Part shown: positions 1 to 10,229 of the stretch, piece by piece
Position numbering within the stretch: position 1 is the first letter of the stretch
Layout: each line of letters opens with the position of its first letter
Virus record (IMG/VR): IMGVR_UViG_2907905317_000001
Coordinates: 4,219-68,218 of that record
Source: a virus
Lineage: Duplodnaviria; Caudoviricetes
Direction: 5' to 3' (one strand)
Length of the DNA: 64,000 bases
Notes under the pieces: model-generated
Told to the model about the DNA's origin: nothing
The model's input: only the letters and a program-made list of their open reading frames with translations
Databases searched by the model: none
Translations under genes and position numbers: made by a program

Positions 1-668
1 AGCTGGTTAGCGGCGTTTTCTGATTCCGAGTAGGCGCGAATGGGCGCCAGCAAGGTCGCGCCCGTTGTCACCCCGGCGGCCATCATCCCGGCACCGTTCC
101 CCGCCAGGTTGTTACGCACGTCGCGCATCTTGTCAGCTTTGGCCCTGATCGCATTCAGCTTGCGCTGGCGCTCGCCCACGTCCCGCAAGCGCCGCTCCTG
201 CTCTGCCAGCTGCTGGTTATAGCGATCCGTTTCTCGGGTAATGCGGGCTGTTTCACGGGCGCCACCGCCCGCAGAGATGCCAAGGCGGTACAGCTCCGCC
301 CTGGTTGCCGCCATCTGCCGCGTTTCCTGCTGCTGCTTTTGTTCCAGGCGTGTTACGGCGCGCCATTGCGCCTCAAGCGCCTGCGTCTGTTTTTTCGTGG
401 GGGATTCGAGCGCTGCCAGTTCGCGCGTCATCATCTGCGCACGCAGCCGCGCCTGGTCCAGCTCGTTGCTGGTCCGGTTCAGACTCTGTGAGAGTTGATC
501 AAAAGATTTTAACTGGCTCCCCGCGTCGTTAAGCCGTTTAAGCTGATCACGGGTCTGCCGGATGCCGGAGGCCAGCTCCTTCGAGCCAGCCAGCGCATTT
601 TTTAAAGGGCGGGTGAGTTTATCAACCGCATTCAGAACCACCTGCAGGCGCAGGTTTTTATCACTCAT
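1..668 (-). CDS. T: Tail tape measure protein gpT, N-terminal part (runs off window)
   Basis: Hand translation MSDKNLRLQVVLNAVDKLTRPFKNAL...; follows gpE/E'; resembles gpT start in prophage B. Confidence 0.9.
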   Translation of the reverse strand, partial: MSDKNLRLQVVLNAVDKLTRPLKNALAGSKELASGIRQTRDQLKRLNDAGSQLKSFDQLSQSLNRTSNELDQARLRAQMMTRELAALESPTKKQTQALEAQWRAVTRLEQKQQQETRQMAATRAELYRLGISAGGGARETARITRETDRYNQQLAEQERRLRDVGERQRKLNAIRAKADKMRDVRNNLAGNGAGMMAAGVTTGATLLAPIRAYSESENAANQ

Positions 669-1094
669 CGCTGGCCCCGCTACGCATTATCGCTCTGTGC
701 CGCCACTCCAGCACTTCCGTCAGCGGCATAACGTCAGTGACGGACGGCGGCCAGTGAAAGATCGTGGCGATATCCGCCACCAGGTCATCTACCGTCAGGC
801 TGTCGGCAAATCGGCAAGTGCCGACTTCGGCAACAAAAAAAGGACCACCTCGACAGACATCGCGGCCAGGTCTGCCGGGTCGAGGTCCGCCATTTCCTGC
901 GGGGTCAGCGTTGGTGTGGAGATACGGGGGATCACGGTCATCATAGAGGCCACGTCCATTTCCATCACCGCCTGCAGTCGCGTGCCGCGCAGTGCGCCGG
1001 ATTGCGGCTTACGCAGCACAATTTCCGTAATCGTGGTATCACCGCGCTTAATCGGGCTATCCAGTTTCACCGTTGCTTCTGTTTTCTCACTCAT
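661..1094 (-). CDS. E: Tail assembly chaperone gpE (795..1094) and -1 frameshift product gpE+E'
   Basis: gpE ORF; T7G slippery run at 834-841; downstream frame DDLVADIATIFHWPPS...* ends at 661, as in P2 E+E'. Confidence 0.88.
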
Positions 1095-1146
1095 GCTCTT
1101 TTCCTGTTACGGGTTGGCTGGCGCGACCTCGCGCGCCAGGAAAAAA

Positions 1147-1662
1147 TTACAGACCGATGGCGTTACGGTGTTCTTCCATCAGGTCAACACCATCAACAAC
1201 TTCAATCATGTTGATCGCATCGACCTCATAGAGCACTTCACCGTTAATGGTCAGCTTCGCGTAACAGTTAACGCTGCTGACTTTGGTGGAATTGCTCTCG
1301 CCGGTTTTCCACTCGCCGGAATCCACCTCTTTGTGGCGCCCACGGACGACTAGCTCAACGGCCTGCACTTCGCCGGTGTCGTCGCGCTGAATAGACCCGG
1401 TAAAGCGCAGCTGCACGCCGTCCACCGTGGCTTTGCCCATCTGTTTAAACAGAAGCGCCTCCGTACCGCCAATGGTCATTTCCGTATCCAGCGCGCCATC
1501 ATCCAGCCCCAGATCAATACCGACTGAACCGGGCATGCCGCCGCCGCGGTAGTTTTCCAGCTTGCGGGTGAATTTCGGCAGGGTGACGGATTCAGCAATG
1601 CCCATCCAGTTGTTACCTGCGTTAAAAATATTCAGGTGTTTTAACTTGCGTGGTAAGGCCAT
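1147..1662 (-). CDS. FII: Tail tube protein FII
   Basis: MALPRKLKHLNIF...NYRGGGMPG, 171 aa, position after FI. Confidence 0.95.
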   Translation of the reverse strand: MALPRKLKHLNIFNAGNNWMGIAESVTLPKFTRKLENYRGGGMPGSVGIDLGLDDGALDTEMTIGGTEALLFKQMGKATVDGVQLRFTGSIQRDDTGEVQAVELVVRGRHKEVDSGEWKTGESNSTKVSSVNCYAKLTINGEVLYEVDAINMIEVVDGVDLMEEHRNAIGL

Positions 1663-1671
1663 GGGTCCCCC

Positions 1672-2844
1672 TTATGCGCTTACGCGGGTGGTGAAATCCA
1701 CCAGGTAACGGTCAGTGATGCGCTGGCGCAGCATCAGGTTTTCCAGTGGAGGCACTGGCGTATAGTCGTAGTCGATCCAGAGTTTCCCGGCTTTCAGCGT
1801 GTCTTTGTCATTCACACTGTCATCAATCCAGCAATCTCCGCCGATGAGGTAGCCCTGATTTACCAGGCTGCGCATTTTGGCGCGGATACCTTCGATAATG
1901 TCGCGAGCCAGCGAAGGGTTAAGCGGCATGTCCACGGCCCACATATGCGCCTCCGCCATGGTGTCTGCCAGCACCTGCGCGGTACGAGTGTAGTTTTCAA
2001 ACTGGAATAACGGGTCATCGCTGAGGCAGCGGGAACCCCAGAAGCGGAAACCATCCTTGCGGATCAAGGTGGTGACGTCGTTCTGGTTCAGCAGTCCGGC
2101 ATCGGTTGCCGGGTCCTGCAGATCCCAGAACACATCCGCAGACAAGCCGGTTACGCCGTTGACGCCCACGTTAGACAGGGTTTTGTGCCAGCCGGTCTGC
2201 TCGTCGATTTTTGCACGCAGACCCAGCGCGCGGGCAGTGGCGTAAGCAGTCGCGTCCGCCTGCAGCACCGTGTCAAAGTTGATGAAATCAGGCCAGATCA
2301 GCATCCCTTCTCGCTGACTGAAATTTTCGCGGTAGGCAATCGCTTCTTCCACGGTTTTACAACCGTAAGCAGACAGGTACGCAAAGCCGCGCAGGCTCTG
2401 CGCCACGCTTAACAGTTCAGTGGAAACAGCCTGCGTGTCATGGCCCGGCACGCCCAGAATGCGCGGCTTCACGCCCAGCTGCGACTGCGCCGAAAGCAGC
2501 GCTTTGATGCCCGTTTTCTTACCGTCAGCGGTTACACCGCCGATAATATTGGAGGTGGTTTCCGCTTCGGTTTCGCCCTGGGCAACACGCACCACAACGG
2601 TGACGGGTTTTGCCTGGTCGGCGATGGCGTCCAGTGAGCGGGCCAGCGTGCCGGACTCGCCCGCTTTGCCGCTGGCGGTCAGTACATCGGTAAGCAGAAC
2701 CGGCTTATTAAGCGGGAACATGGAGGCATCGGCATCATCGCCGGTGCATACCATGCCCACAATCGCCGTGCTCACCGTCGTGATAGAGCGGGTGCCGTCG
2801 TTAACTTCAACAACACGCACGCCATGGTGATAGTCTTGCGCCAT
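1672..2844 (-). CDS. FI: Tail sheath protein FI
   Basis: [16 protein letters not shown]...GFRFWGSR...[10 protein letters not shown], 390 aa. Confidence 0.95.
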   Translation of the reverse strand: MAQDYHHGVRVVEVNDGTRSITTVSTAIVGMVCTGDDADASMFPLNKPVLLTDVLTASGKAGESGTLARSLDAIADQAKPVTVVVRVAQGETEAETTSNIIGGVTADGKKTGIKALLSAQSQLGVKPRILGVPGHDTQAVSTELLSVAQSLRGFAYLSAYGCKTVEEAIAYRENFSQREGMLIWPDFINFDTVLQADATAYATARALGLRAKIDEQTGWHKTLSNVGVNGVTGLSADVFWDLQDPATDAGLLNQNDVTTLIRKDGFRFWGSRCLSDDPLFQFENYTRTAQVLADTMAEAHMWAVDMPLNPSLARDIIEGIRAKMRSLVNQGYLIGGDCWIDDSVNDKDTLKAGKLWIDYDYTPVPPLENLMLRQRITDRYLVDFTTRVSA

Positions 2845-2913
2845 GAATGAATCTCCTGTTTAGGGGTTCACCCATGGTAGGGAAATCATTCACCGCAAGC
2901 CGTTGATGGCCGT

Positions 2914-2931
2914 TGTACCGTCAATAACACA
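2914..2931 (-). promoter_or_regulatory. Ogr-family activator site of late promoter pF
   Basis: TGT-N12-ACA (TGTACCGTCAATAACACA) upstream of FI, the P2 late-promoter consensus. Confidence 0.75.
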
Positions 2932-2982
2932 ACCGCAGACAGAAAAAAGCCCCTTATCGGGGCAGACTGATACCGGGATTTA

Positions 2983-4140
2983 TCAGGCAACGCGGCTCCA
3001 GCACATCAGCAGTGTGTGGGCTTCCACCACGCTGAACGATTTACCTTCGCCGAGGTTGGCCGTTTTGCCGCTGGTCGTGTGTTTGTGCGCCGGTACCTTG
3101 ACTTCGTGTTCGTGCTCTCCGGCATCATCGGTCACACCCAGCTCTTTCGGGTTAAAGAGCTGCCGCACATCACCGCCAATTTCCCACGGGTCATCTTTAC
3201 CGGCCACACCACCATGATTGTGTTTACCGTTTTTCGTTGTGGTCAGTACCTTCTCAGGCAGCTCGTCGGTTTCGCCGTTCACGTCAATCTGCACAGCGGG
3301 CAGGTTGGCGCGCTCAATGGTCACGGTATCGCTGCCACCGGTGGTGGCAACGTCCGAGCCGTCAGCCTTGCCGACACGGATCGTTTTGTTTTCGCCAGTA
3401 TAAACCCACCGTGACCACGGATAACGCTCGTTAGGGTCGATGTTCTGCGCGTAAAACTTTACCGTTCCGACAGGGTTTTCCAGCTCCCATGATGAGCGGA
3501 TAGCTGATTCAATAGCCCGCATTAAGGCCAGCGGTGTTGCTGCTTTATCCTGGTCTTTGCTGTTAATGTCGTTGCTGAGTCGGGTAAACCCTTTTTCGAG
3601 CAACGTAGCATCGGGGTGATTTCGTGAGCCCGCATGTTCACTTAATTGCTCATCGGTATAATCTTTGATTTCATTACCGGTATTAATCAAATCTTCCACG
3701 GTTGCCAGTACAATTCCCGGGTCAACAACCAGTTCAACGGCTTCGCTGCTGCTGACCGCCAGCCAGATGCGGAGAATAGTAAAGCGCCCCGACCCCTCTG
3801 CCAGTGCAGGTTTATAGGTTTCAGGTACATTGGCAACCGCCATGCAAATTCCCGCATCATCAAACAGCGCTGCCTCTCTGATGGTAAACCCACCCACCTC
3901 CGGCGGAATAATCATTTCGGCAATAATGATATTTTCTGTATCGGACAATTTCAGGCTGTTCAGTTGGGTGCGAAAACGCTCATTCACTAATGAGGCTTGC
4001 TCTTCACCGGGGGTTGTCGCATTGCCGGCACCATCACCGACCGACATTTGAGAGAAAACAACTTTGCTCCCGTTAACAATGGCTGCTGCAATTTTTTCCC
4101 GGCCAGCCTTTGTGATTATAGATTTAAAAGCTTTGCTCAT
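2983..4140 (-). CDS. gpH-like short tail fibre/collar protein
   Basis: P2 gpH-type N-terminus (IITKAGREKIAAA, IPPEVGGFTIREAALFD, PETYKP, HPDAT); C-terminal HxH motifs typical of fibre tips. Confidence 0.8.
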   Translation of the reverse strand: MSKAFKSIITKAGREKIAAAIVNGSKVVFSQMSVGDGAGNATTPGEEQASLVNERFRTQLNSLKLSDTENIIIAEMIIPPEVGGFTIREAALFDDAGICMAVANVPETYKPALAEGSGRFTILRIWLAVSSSEAVELVVDPGIVLATVEDLINTGNEIKDYTDEQLSEHAGSRNHPDATLLEKGFTRLSNDINSKDQDKAATPLALMRAIESAIRSSWELENPVGTVKFYAQNIDPNERYPWSRWVYTGENKTIRVGKADGSDVATTGGSDTVTIERANLPAVQIDVNGETDELPEKVLTTTKNGKHNHGGVAGKDDPWEIGGDVRQLFNPKELGVTDDAGEHEHEVKVPAHKHTTSGKTANLGEGKSFSVVEAHTLLMCWSRVA

Positions 4141-4176
4141 ATTATCCCCGTCCAATGCTGTTCTGATTTTTTAAGT

Positions 4177-4416
4177 TTACTTATCAGAAAAGTCATTTTC
4201 AAAAACTACAGATTCGATATACGCCTCAAATCCATCATTATTTTTCATGTAATATCCGCCCGCCTTTGGCTTTTCCCGCACAACATAATCGGCGCTTACG
4301 ATAAGCTCATTACCTGAAGCATCTTTCAGAACAGCCGAGTAATCTTCAGCTATAGCGACAGATGCTATCTTTAAAGCCTGTACGGTCCTTGTTGAGCGGT
4401 ATAAAGATAAGGACAT
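4177..4416 (-). CDS. Small hypothetical protein in tail module
   Basis: ORF between tailspike and gpH-like gene, conserved in prophage B. Confidence 0.7.
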   Translation of the reverse strand: MSLSLYRSTRTVQALKIASVAIAEDYSAVLKDASGNELIVSADYVVREKPKAGGYYMKNNDGFEAYIESVVFENDFSDK

Positions 4417-4423
4417 AATCACC

Positions 4424-6508
4424 TCACGCAAAAAAATTGACGTTAACAGTCACCGCGGATGCGGTTCTGTTTTCAAGATTGATATACTGATTATTCTGAT
4501 ACACACACAGCTTGCCGGTGACAGATGCATCAGGTTGCACTCTTGATAAATTAACGCTGGAGCCAGTTTTAATTTCACTGGGAGCCTGTCCCGGGACATT
4601 AAAGAACATCGCAAATAGTTGGTTATTGTTTTCCGCCCCGCTAATCAGATAAGTTCCGCGCCGCTCCATTGCCCCGACACCTACGTTAACCGTCGCCACT
4701 GCCCCGGCCTGAATGATGTACTGCTGACCGCGCAACGCCTTAAATGATGCATGTCCGGCACTGGTGATATCCCACGCCTTTTGCTGGGGAGTGGATAAAT
4801 CCTGCGTGTTGGAATACATCGCAATAATCCGTGCGATAGTGTCCGTTTCCCCCGGTGGGATGAAGGTTTCTGCAACCAGATCGAATACTTTTTGCAGGTC
4901 ATTTAAAGGAGCCACTCTCAGTCTGTCGCCTACAGAGCTCATCGAGGTAAATGAGTTGACTGTCGCTCCCTTAAATGAAATTTCACGTAACCCATTATTG
5001 CTTCTTGAAACGTCAACTGAAGACAGTAAATCAGTGCGTGAAGTCTCCTTCCCGGTATCAATGTAGCTGTCACACCGCCAACCTTTATGCGTACCAACAA
5101 ACTTAAACAGGGGAGCAACGGTGTCACTGCGTGGCCCGATATGCTGAATCTGACCACCATCAATGTGGATGTTGACACCATCCGACGAGTACACCGCTGG
5201 CGCAGCGAGAGAAGGGTCGAGGTATAACCCTTTATCCACGGAGCCATTGTTTCGGTTGAATGCCGGATTGATGACTTTTATATTTTTTCCATAGGATGAA
5301 TAAAAAATATGGCAACGCAGATTAACAGGCTCAATATGCGGCTGAATGAGGGTGATGTTATGGTTTACCCGCGAACCAGTCTTATATGACATATCAGCAA
5401 AGGCGCGACACAGGTTTTCACCTTTATACTGACAGCTTTCAATATGTGTTCTGATAAACAACAGGTTATTACTGTTGTCTACATCATGAATGCCTATGCG
5501 AATGCCTGATGTCTGGAAATTATGGACAATGACATCCTGGAAAATTGAGTCCCAGCAGTGCTCAATGTTCAGACCCCATGGGCTCCCATTGAAGCGTACA
5601 TCCCCCATATAACCGAGCCTGGCCGCAGAGATGTCAGTACTGCGTCCAAGCTGCATGAGGGGTATCGTGCTATCCCGGTATGCGGCATCATCCCCCTGTA
5701 GCACGCGCTGCACACTAAATTTATCAAAATAAAAGCGGCATGTACTGAAATGCATTTCCACGCCAACCAGACTGTCTGTCCAGAAAATAGTTTTATCGTG
5801 TCCGTCACCAACCAGCGAATACATGGACATGTTTGTTGTTGAACCGGAGGAATCCAAATTTACAAACTCAGGCATTTTCTGAAAGTAATATCTCCCGCCT
5901 GGTGCATAAACCTGCCGCTTATATTTTGCACCATCAACCAGCGCCTGAATCAGGGCGGGTGTCCAGTCAACGACTTCAGCCCCATCAACAATAGTATCGA
6001 GCGCCAGATGTCGATATTCCCATAAATTAACCTTCCCGGCGTTCAGATAAGTGGCGACATTGTTGATAAGTTCAAGTGCCCACTGGCGCTGATATGCTGA
6101 CAGATAGGCACCAAAACCCACCTCCTCAGAGCGCATGTCCTTTCTGATGACAGCGTCAGATGTATAAGCCCAGCAACCGGCACCAATTCCGCCCGTCCCT
6201 TGTGGCGTGCTGCCAGCCAGAACCGTTTTCGGAAACGCCCCTGTCCACACCAGGCGATAACTGTCGAACAGGATTTCTTCACGCGGCGATTCCAGGGTCG
6301 CTCCCTCGGCGAATGTCTTTACCGCACTGACTTTTTCGGCGATCGATTCATCTGCTTTGTCGGCCTGGTCTTTAAGATACCGCGTACGGTTTGCCAGGCT
6401 TTTCAGTGGGCGGTTTGCTGGGCCATCCAGTCCCCCGGCGACGCGCTCGCTCCGGGAGATCATCTCAATCTCTTCTTCCCACGATGAGGACTCTGGAAGT
6501 CTGGTCAT
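4424..6508 (-). CDS. Tailspike / putative capsule depolymerase
   Basis: N-terminal anchor (GGLDGPANRPLKSLANRTRYLK), tailspike N-domain (WTGAFPKTV...GGIGAGCW), beta-helix entry motif DWTPALIQAL...VYAPGGRYYF; start taken at MTRLP. Confidence 0.8.
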   Translation of the reverse strand: MTRLPESSSWEEEIEMISRSERVAGGLDGPANRPLKSLANRTRYLKDQADKADESIAEKVSAVKTFAEGATLESPREEILFDSYRLVWTGAFPKTVLAGSTPQGTGGIGAGCWAYTSDAVIRKDMRSEEVGFGAYLSAYQRQWALELINNVATYLNAGKVNLWEYRHLALDTIVDGAEVVDWTPALIQALVDGAKYKRQVYAPGGRYYFQKMPEFVNLDSSGSTTNMSMYSLVGDGHDKTIFWTDSLVGVEMHFSTCRFYFDKFSVQRVLQGDDAAYRDSTIPLMQLGRSTDISAARLGYMGDVRFNGSPWGLNIEHCWDSIFQDVIVHNFQTSGIRIGIHDVDNSNNLLFIRTHIESCQYKGENLCRAFADMSYKTGSRVNHNITLIQPHIEPVNLRCHIFYSSYGKNIKVINPAFNRNNGSVDKGLYLDPSLAAPAVYSSDGVNIHIDGGQIQHIGPRSDTVAPLFKFVGTHKGWRCDSYIDTGKETSRTDLLSSVDVSRSNNGLREISFKGATVNSFTSMSSVGDRLRVAPLNDLQKVFDLVAETFIPPGETDTIARIIAMYSNTQDLSTPQQKAWDITSAGHASFKALRGQQYIIQAGAVATVNVGVGAMERRGTYLISGAENNNQLFAMFFNVPGQAPSEIKTGSSVNLSRVQPDASVTGKLCVYQNNQYINLENRTASAVTVNVNFFA

Positions 6509-6512
6509 ACTC

Positions 6513-7109
6513 TTACCCGTAATTAAAATTGCCATCGTGAAAAATCACGCCGTTGTAAGTAATGTTCTCTTCCGGCTCAAAATCGGCCGGATAAATACTG
6601 ATAATGTCGCCGCTGCAAAGAGTTGAGCCGACATGAATATCACCGAGCACTTTTGTGGATATATTGAGCTGTGCCAGATGTCGGCTAACGGGTTTTGTAA
6701 CATCAATCAACCGGTTCAGTTCGTCCAGCATCCTGGGTGTGATACCGATATCACCCACATCGACCTCAAGCCGGAATGTTCCTGCCGGATCAGCAACATC
6801 CCACCACTCCTCGATTGACATGGAGTAACCCATTTTTTCGACTACATGGCGGATTGCAGCGATGGTCCCTTTTCTCTGATGGAGCCAGAACGATTCACTG
6901 ATGGCGCTGCGTTTTTCCGCTTCATTCCACTCCTCATCCCAACTGTCTACCGAAAAAGCCCAGGCCAGGTAGGGTAAAAAGCTCGCAGGGCATTTCCACG
7001 GGTTCCACAGGTCACGCAGTGGTACGTTTAAATCACTGATACCTGAACAGGCTTGCGCCAGCCTGCGCTCCAGCGCAGACGCCCCCGGCGGTAACAGACT
7101 GCTAGTCAT
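6513..7109 (-). CDS. I: Tail protein gpI
   Basis: LRDLWNPWKCPASFLPYLAWAFSVDSW...HQRKGT...KPVSRHL. Confidence 0.92.
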   Translation of the reverse strand: MTSSLLPPGASALERRLAQACSGISDLNVPLRDLWNPWKCPASFLPYLAWAFSVDSWDEEWNEAEKRSAISESFWLHQRKGTIAAIRHVVEKMGYSMSIEEWWDVADPAGTFRLEVDVGDIGITPRMLDELNRLIDVTKPVSRHLAQLNISTKVLGDIHVGSTLCSGDIISIYPADFEPEENITYNGVIFHDGNFNYG

Positions 7110-8010
7110 CAGAACCACCAATTTCTGCTTTAAAATCGGTGCAATATGACGCCTGCGTTTTATCTAACACCATGTCCGCCAGGGGCTTCATCAGCTCAAC
7201 GCGCTGGACGCCCTGAACATGCAGAGCGGCATAGATCGCAGACAGCCGCACGTCACGCCCCAGGCGACGCTGCTCGTTGATATATGCCGTACCCTGCGCT
7301 TTCGCGGCCGCCAGGATGGGTTCCTTTGCCGGGCCGGGATAGACATAAAGAACCGCATCAATTTCATAGGGGACAATCTCAGCAGATCGGACACTCACCC
7401 GATCCGCCACCGGCCGCACAGCCTCATCGTTCAGGGCCTCACCGACGACCTGCAGTAAGTCTTCCGGCGCAGTACCATCGCCGTCGCGGGCCAGAATAGT
7501 CACCACGACTTCCGCCGGTGACGGGCTGAACGCCGACGCGTCCGCCACCCGACCATCCGAGCTAAGCGCGTGATATTCATAGGCTCCGACTGGCCCGGCA
7601 ACGCTCATCCCCTCAAAGGCCGCCGGGATGCGCTGGCGATAATCCGCGTCAGATTCCATTACCGCCTCCGTGGGCGGCGTTGTGGTGTCGTCCGCAGCCG
7701 TAATCACCCGTCGCTGTACGTTGTTATTCGCGCCTAAATTGTCCAGGTCATCCCCGCCGGAATATGCCACCATTACGGCTTTCGCCGCCTCGTTAATCCG
7801 CTGGCGCAGCAGCAACTCCCGGTACACATTTTCCTGCAGCATTTTCACCACCGGCTCAGATTCAAGCGCTAAGGTGCGGGCCACGGCCTCCTGCTCTTCT
7901 GCCGGAAATAACGCGACAAATTCAGCCTTGCGCTCAGACAGCAGGGTTTCAAAATCCGGCACATCCACAATTTGCGGCGGCGGCAGCTGGGAAAGGTCAA
8001 TAACGGCCAT
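7102..8010 (-). CDS. J: Baseplate protein gpJ
   Basis: MAVIDLSQLPPP...SVAGPVGAYEYHA, 302 aa. Confidence 0.95.
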   Translation of the reverse strand: MAVIDLSQLPPPQIVDVPDFETLLSERKAEFVALFPAEEQEAVARTLALESEPVVKMLQENVYRELLLRQRINEAAKAVMVAYSGGDDLDNLGANNNVQRRVITAADDTTTPPTEAVMESDADYRQRIPAAFEGMSVAGPVGAYEYHALSSDGRVADASAFSPSPAEVVVTILARDGDGTAPEDLLQVVGEALNDEAVRPVADRVSVRSAEIVPYEIDAVLYVYPGPAKEPILAAAKAQGTAYINEQRRLGRDVRLSAIYAALHVQGVQRVELMKPLADMVLDKTQASYCTDFKAEIGGSDD

Positions 8011-8359
8011 TGTCTGCTCCTGTCGATACGGAAAGGGACACGGGCACGCCGTCATTACGCTGGCCTGCCAGCTCAATAACCATTGCACCATCCATGCTGC
8101 TGCTGTTAACCGTGATGGTGTCCAGCTGCAGCCGCGGCTCCCAGCGCCTCAGCGCCACATACACCGCAGCCATGATCTGCAGGCGCAGCGCAGGGTTTTG
8201 CGGCTGGTCAATGAGCGCTGAAAGCAGGGAACCATACTCCCGGCGCGCAAGCCGGCTCCCTTGCGGGGTCAGCAAAATGTCACGCACCGACTGGCGCAGG
8301 TGGTCAGTTTCCGTTATGGCTCTGCCGGTATCGCGGCTCATCCCGATATAGAGCGTCAA
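7997..8359 (-). CDS. W: Baseplate protein gpW
   Basis: HLRQSVRDILLTPQGSR...WEPRL (gp25-like). Confidence 0.95.
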   Translation of the reverse strand: MTLYIGMSRDTGRAITETDHLRQSVRDILLTPQGSRLARREYGSLLSALIDQPQNPALRLQIMAAVYVALRRWEPRLQLDTITVNSSSMDGAMVIELAGQRNDGVPVSLSVSTGADNGRY

Positions 8360-8928
8360 AATGGACCTCCCGTCGTTCCGCCACTGTCGCCAGGGTGTTT
8401 ATGCTTATCAGCAACGACGCCGTTTGACGTCATCGCGCCCCCGCCGTGGGTCACATCGCCATTCAGGATCACATTGCTGTTGATACGTGTGGTGTCAGCC
8501 TCGATCACAAACTCACCGGTTTTGCAGGAGACAACCTGCGAAGACTCAATCAGCACGCTTTTCACGCCGCGAATAATCCAGCGCCCGGTGGCGGGGTCGT
8601 ATTCGAACCAGCCACCATCCTCGTATGCAGTCACGTCCGCACTTTCAGAGTCTGACGGCGGCGGGCAGGCGTTGGAGTAGATGGCCGGAAGCGCAAAGGC
8701 TGTATCCAGATTGCCGCCCAGGCTGAACAGCACCACCTGCTCCCCTGGAGACGGGCACCACCAGGTGCGTGATTTACCTGCACGGTAGGTCAGCCAGTTA
8801 ATCCAGTTGGTTTCGAGGTCGCCCGTTTTCACCCGGCACAGCCAGCCGTCCCGGTCCACTTCGGTCACAATGCCGGTGCGGATCAGATTGGTGATAAGGC
8901 GCATGATTTCGGTTAATTGCGTATTCAT
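8356..8928 (-). CDS. V: Baseplate spike gpV
   Basis: NLIRTGIVTEVD...WWCPSPGEQV...C-terminal HKH. Confidence 0.95.
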   Translation of the reverse strand: MNTQLTEIMRLITNLIRTGIVTEVDRDGWLCRVKTGDLETNWINWLTYRAGKSRTWWCPSPGEQVVLFSLGGNLDTAFALPAIYSNACPPPSDSESADVTAYEDGGWFEYDPATGRWIIRGVKSVLIESSQVVSCKTGEFVIEADTTRINSNVILNGDVTHGGGAMTSNGVVADKHKHPGDSGGTTGGPF

Positions 8929-8975
8929 GAAGGCAAGATTGCCACGCGCGGAGGGAGTGCGGCAGCGTGGCGGGT

Positions 8976-8993
8976 TGTGTCATCCCTGACACA
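8976..8993 (-). promoter_or_regulatory. Ogr-family site of late promoter pV
   Basis: TGT-N12-ACA upstream of V. Confidence 0.75.
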
Positions 8994-8996
8994 AAA

Positions 8997-9444
8997 TCAC
9001 TGTGAAAACCAACGCAGTAAGTCGTCTCGCGTAATGTCTTCTGATTCATCATTGATGCCGAGCAACCGGCGCTCTGCATATTTGACTTCCGGCCCTTTAC
9101 GGCTGACCCGATCACGCAAGCCATAGTGATGCACGCGGGCTATGCGCTGCACACGGCTCTCAAACTCGACACTTGCCGAGTCCTGGCTGGCGACGGCTTT
9201 CAGGTATTTTGTGGTGCGGAGTTTTGCAAACATCTGCCGACGGATGCGGCCCTGTTTCGTTCTGGCCGTCACGCGACGCGGCTCGTAAGCCGTCCCGTCC
9301 GGGTTGCGCTGCATCCTGATATTTTTTCTGCTGGCTGCGGCGCAGCTGCTGCGCCAGCTCCCGCATCATGCGCTTACGTGCGGCAGGCTCCAGACCCGCC
9401 AAGAGCGCATCTAACCAGGCGTCAACTTCCTGCAGATCAGCCAC
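8997..9444 (-). pseudogene. S: gpS copy 1, frameshifted
   Basis: Split between ORFs 9160..9444 and 8997..9314; T6 at 9322-9327 versus T5 in intact copy 2 (could be a homopolymer sequencing error). Confidence 0.75.
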
Positions 9445-9868
9445 GGCTCACCGCCCACATTTCGTCCGGTTCGTCCGGTTCCGGCACTGCTTCGACGCTG
9501 GACACGTCACCGTCAACGCTGACTATCACACGCTCTGTCAGTTGCAGGTTCAGGCTGATATCACAGATATCATTGCGCAAAATATCGACTTCAAAGGAAA
9601 GCAACTTTTCCCGCAGTTCCGGGTTATGAATGGCATCCGGCTGATTCTCCATGAGCCAGGCCACCACCGGCGCCATCAATAACCCCTGATCGCCGCTGAA
9701 ATCCACAATCACCACATTCAGGGTGTAACGATATTCCCATGAAAGTGACGCTGCCCCGGTTGCCACCACCGATCCGTTATCAACGAACAAATGCAGCTTA
9801 TCCGGGTTATCGCGGACATATGGCACCGCGTTATTCAGGGCGCGGCATAAGGATTGAGGCTTGTTCAC
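9437..9868 (-). CDS. R: Tail completion protein gpR copy 1
   Basis: 143 aa, near-identical to 11319..11750. Confidence 0.9.
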   Translation of the reverse strand: MNKPQSLCRALNNAVPYVRDNPDKLHLFVDNGSVVATGAASLSWEYRYTLNVVIVDFSGDQGLLMAPVVAWLMENQPDAIHNPELREKLLSFEVDILRNDICDISLNLQLTERVIVSVDGDVSSVEAVPEPDEPDEMWAVSRG

Positions 9869-10121
9869 TGTCTCGCTCCTGACAGGAAATTATCGTGTCC
9901 ACTTTATCGGCGCAGACCGCCCAGGCCGCCTCCGCTTCATCCAGCGCGGTCAGCAGATCGCCGTTAGTGCGTGCCGCCGACTTTTCCAGGCGGCACTGAG
10001 TCACTCTGGGACAACCATTCACGGTAAGCAGCACCTCCGGCGAGGGCTGGACGTTCGCGCATCCTGATAATGTCAGCAAGCAGAAGAATGTCAGCCCAGC
10101 GGCGTAAATCTTCATTTTCAC
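9831..10121 (-). CDS. lysC: o-spanin LysC copy 1
   Basis: Lipobox LSGC; near-identical to 11713..12003. Confidence 0.8.
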   Translation of the reverse strand: MKMKIYAAGLTFFCLLTLSGCANVQPSPEVLLTVNGCPRVTQCRLEKSAARTNGDLLTALDEAEAAWAVCADKVDTIISCQERDSEQASILMPRPE

Positions 10122-10182
10122 GTTTTAACTCCTCAATTCTGTGCTGACGGCTTTATTTTTCTTTTCGCTAGCTCACCCAAGT

Positions 10183-10200
10183 TGTGCTATAAATGGCACA
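10183..10200 (-). promoter_or_regulatory. Orphan Ogr-type site (relic of donor pV)
   Basis: TGTGCTATAAATGGCACA = TGT-N12-ACA, 30 bp from the duplication junction. Confidence 0.6.
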
Positions 10201-10229
10201 ATCTGGGATTAACAACATGAGTACTTACA

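Larger units (their letters stand above)
9160..10153. repeat. ~1-kb direct repeat copy 1 (lysB 3' end-lysC-R-S 5' part)
   Basis: Aligns by eye with 11043..12035, with scattered substitutions. Confidence 0.92.

Noticed and set aside
661-1094. E/E' split as pseudogenisation (also 36959..37386)
   Set aside because: Matches the known programmed -1 frameshift of P2 gene E at a T-run.
4424-4700. Diversity-generating retroelement or invertible tail-fibre switch
   Set aside because: No reverse transcriptase or invertase in the window, changes are not adenine-specific, and the copies are direct repeats.
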